38,081 nt of DNA. Origin: Octopus bimaculoides (taxonomy: Eukaryota). Below the pieces are notes generated by a model. It was not told the origin of the DNA, searched no databases, and worked only from the letters and a program-made list of their open reading frames with translations. Shown one piece after another: positions 34,854 through 38,081 of the stretch. Numbering within the stretch: position 1 is the stretch's first letter; each line of letters opens with the position of its first letter. A program made the position numbers and the translations under genes. The stretch is taken from positions 34,462,476-34,500,556 of the forward strand of contig NC_068992.1 in NCBI RefSeq assembly GCF_001194135.2, given 5' to 3'.

Positions 34854-37150
34854 CCTTAAGAAATCATGTTTTCTCTCTCTATCTGTATCTTTATCTCTAA
34901 CACTAATTCATTTCCCGCCTTACTTCTTATTCCATTTATTTTGTTTATTTTTCTTATTTTCTATTTTTACCACATAATTTATTCATTTAGAGACTGCAGG
35001 GATGGTGACCCAAATCTTTGGAAAGCAAGTTTTCTTTTTCTTTTTATTTCTATTTTACTGTATTGTTTCTGAAATTTCTAACTGCTCACTTTCACTCTCT
35101 GAGTACACTACATATATGGTTATGTTAGTATTAGTAAAGAGTGAAGTCTTCCAAATATATCTATTGTCTGTGACTATATAATGAAACTGTGTGCTATTTT
35201 GTAGCAGAGGCTGGTATTTTGACTTGCCATGAAATACTCTGATGTATAATCTGTTCATTATGTTACATTATGCAGCATCACGTATGTAGCTAATACAGAT
35301 AACAAAACAGCAGTCAGGAAATGGAATAAATATCTTATCTTTCACTTGACTTCTCTTATATGCTTAATTCATAAGTATTTATGTGTGTGTGTGTGTGCAT
35401 GCGTGTGTGTATGTGTAGAAGTAATGTAGGCACAGATAGGTGACAAAGGAATACGCAGGAAAAGCAGAAAAAAACATGCAACAAATATAGTTGTTGACCA
35501 AATATCATTACAATTTTGACACCATCAGACAATATTGGTAGTGTTAGCATCATGAGCTGCTTGGGTATATATAAGTAAACATGACAGACAGACAAAACAG
35601 ACAAAAATTAGACAATTACAGTTGTGGAAAGATGAGTTCTGTAGACTGAATGGCTCGTAAAGGTGAGTTGTGAGCAGGTGAGGAGAAATATATAGCACAG
35701 GTCTATAAATAAGAACATTAACACAAAAAGTACAAAACAACATAAAGAAAGAAATATACTTAGAATGTCTTTTGACTTATCGGACAAAAAAAAAAAGTAT
35801 GTGAAGTAATGCTTATACGAAAGATAAAACATCTTCCAGTATTTGGCAAATAAGTTTTTAAATTTTTGACATCAGAGACTGGTAAACTAACTGACCGTTA
35901 GAAGAGGCAATTAAAAAGAAATTAGTAGCTTGAGAAACAAGAAGGTGTTATAGTATCATGTGGGAGAGGAGAAAAGTAAAAGGAACAGGTGAATTGAAAG
36001 AAAGACAGGTGGAGTGATAAAGAGAGCAAATCATGTCTTAGAGGCAAAACAGTAGATGAGGAGAGAACAACAATAGGAATAAATAAAGATAAAAAGGATA
36101 AATAGAAACAAAAATAAAAGTGCTAAATGATAGAAACATAACAGAATGTAAACAATGGGTAACTAGAGAAAAAGATAGAAAGATTGATGTTAAGTTAATG
36201 CTAGACAGAAAAAGGAACAGAAAGATAAGTACAAGAAGGAGAAGAATGGTAGATAGATGAATGAATAGGGGAAATGTTGCAAGATAAAGAATTGATGAGT
36301 GTGTATCTTTCAGCCTTGAGAAAAAGTTTAAGAAAATATTTAGACACAATGGAAGTTGGGAAAAAGGAAAACAATTAGTCAGTGGAATGATGTAAGGGAA
36401 AGGGAACTGGCAAGCAGCAATAGACTAGTGTGGAGAAAAATCCTGTGGAAGTCATGAAGGAAAGAAATGTGTGGGAGTAGGACAGAGGGGGGAAGGTAAG
36501 GAGTGTTAAGAAGAGGGCAACAAGAGAATATGAGGCAATGGGTGAGGGAGCAGTGTATCACAGTAGTGAGAGGAGCAATCACTTGTTAAGGTTATCTCGA
36601 TAGATTTCCTATAGAAATTATAGCCAGCACTGATTTTGTAATGATGTTTCCTATCCAAGCACAACAATGAGGCTGAAGGATTTTTTTCTCCTTCATCAGC
36701 ACCCACCCAACCCAGTAATCACCCACAAACTCATGACTTAAATAGTGGAGTAGCTTTATTGGATATACCAATTTTACATACTAAACACATTGAGAACAGT
36801 TAGGGAAAGACATGCTGATGAGTATTTTGGAGATTAGAGGAAAGGGAATATCAAAAAGTGTGAATATTACAAAAACATCCTAGACAAGGAGACAGTGAAG
36901 AGAGGATGTTGAAAAAGGAGAGTAAGCAAGGAGTAACAGTGGTTAGGTACAGTGAGGGGGAAAATGTTAGAGAGCATCTTAGAGTTGTAAGAGTTGGTAG
37001 TGAGAAAATGGGAAGAGAAGGTGTTGGGAGGCAACAGATGTAACTCAGGAAAGACTATGCTGTGAGTGTGATGACGAGTGGGAGTCATGGATGGAAGAAG
37101 TGTAAAGTAATAGATTGATAAGTGGACTTGGTGCAGAACAAATATGCATA

Positions 37151-37330
37151 CATAGGAGTGGCTGTGTGGTAAGAAGCTTGCTTCCCAACCACATGGTTCC
37201 AGGTTCAGTCCCATTGCATGGTATCTTGGGAAAGTGTTTTCTGCTATACCTTCAGGCTGACCAAAGCTTTGTAAGTGGATTTGGTAGAAGGAAACTGAAA
37301 GAAGCCTGTCATATATACATTTATACATAT
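37151..37330 (+). mobile_element. 5' half of the tRNA-derived SINE
   Basis: TGGCTGTGTGGTAAGAAGCTTGCTTCCCAACCACATGGTTCCAGGTTCAGTCCC, homologous to 341-520. Confidence 0.85.
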
Positions 37331-37339
37331 GTATGTATG

Positions 37340-37660
37340 TATAGATGACATGCAAATACTCATGGATTGCATTTCTGCTTCTTGTAAGGCATTTGGACTT
37401 AGCATTAGCCTGGACAAGACTGTTGTAATGTTCCAGCCTGCACCAGGAAATCCATATGTGAAACCAGCTATCTTGGTTGAAGGAACAATTCTGAAGGTAG
37501 TAGACAAGTTTGTCTACCTGAGCAGTGTATTCTCGTCAAGAGCAGGGCTCATTAGCCACCAACGGAGCCGCAAATGCAAAATATAAGTTAGTCCTAGAGC
37601 GCACAATATTCCTAAAGATCGGCAATGGTCTTCCTCGGTCACGAGTGGATGACCATCATC
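37340..37660 (+). mobile_element. Internally deleted RTE (BovB-like) remnant: RT segment fused to the terminal zinc finger and 3' tail
   Basis: DDMQILMDCISASCKAFGLSISLDKTVVMFQPAPGNPYVKPAILVEGTILKVVDKFVYLSS joined in frame to SRAGLISHQRSRKCKI*, then a short UTR and (CAT)n. Confidence 0.8.
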
Positions 37661-37707
37661 ATGTATGTATGTATGTATGTAGGAAAGATTGGAACAGGAG
37701 ACAAATG

Positions 37708-37825
37708 CTCAGGATGTTATTAAAACATTTATATCTTCATATCTTCTAAATATGTTTCAATGAATGCATTCATCGGAACATATATAGAAGATATGAAGAT
37801 ATAAATGTTTTAATAACATCCTGAG
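37708..37825. repeat. 118-bp near-perfect loopless palindrome
   Basis: 59-bp arms with 3 mismatches, centred on GAATG|CATTC (37766/37767). Imperfect extension of about 15 bp on each side. Confidence 0.95.
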
Positions 37826-37964
37826 TGTTTGTTTCCTTTTTCAATGTTTTCCTATTTCCTCTTAAATACGACTTACTTATCCTGGAGTCAAACCACACAC
37901 AAGCCTGATCATTGTTTCCTACAAAATTTAGCAACCCTATAATTATTCTTCTGGTTCTTTCCTG

Positions 37965-38081
37965 TGTATGTATGTATTTGTGTGTCTGTGTTTGTCCTCT
38001 CACCATTGCTTAACAACTGATGTTGATCTGTTTACATCCCTGTAACTTAGAAGTTCAGCAAAAGCAACAAATAGAATAAGT
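37965..38081 (+). mobile_element. 3' half of the tRNA-derived SINE (cut by the window end)
   Basis: TGTGTCTGTGTTTGTCC...TTAACAACTGATGTTGATCTGTTTACATCCCTGTAACTTAG, homologous to 540-640. Confidence 0.8.

Noticed and set aside
35660-35690. Possible first coding exon ATGGCTCGTAAAG|gtgagt (MARK...)
   Set aside because: Only 13 coding nt, no promoter evidence and no downstream exon identified.

Overview
AT-rich animal genomic scaffold, almost certainly intronic or intergenic. It has six N gaps and dense microsatellites. The SINE and RTE-tail repeats look like those I recall from Octopus; this is an inference, not a database result. No intact protein-coding gene or functional RNA gene is supported. 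The window is mostly decayed mobile DNA: two full-length dead mariners with TIRs; several RTE-clade LINE remnants, one with a PHD-like finger inside the RT and a tandemly repeated 3' UTR; two head-to-tail R4/Dong-like RLE LINE remnants ending in (CATA)n; a Penelope-like 3' end; two Ty3/Gypsy remnants (gag, and integrase+PPT+LTR); tRNA-derived SINEs; and a ~62-bp satellite related to the RTE 3' UTR. The most unusual feature is a ~350-bp inverted repeat at 33341-33687. Its centre is a CCA-containing (mature) tRNA-Trp copy folded back exactly at the D-arm. A few short splice-flanked open frames may be exons of an unidentified host gene (low confidence).
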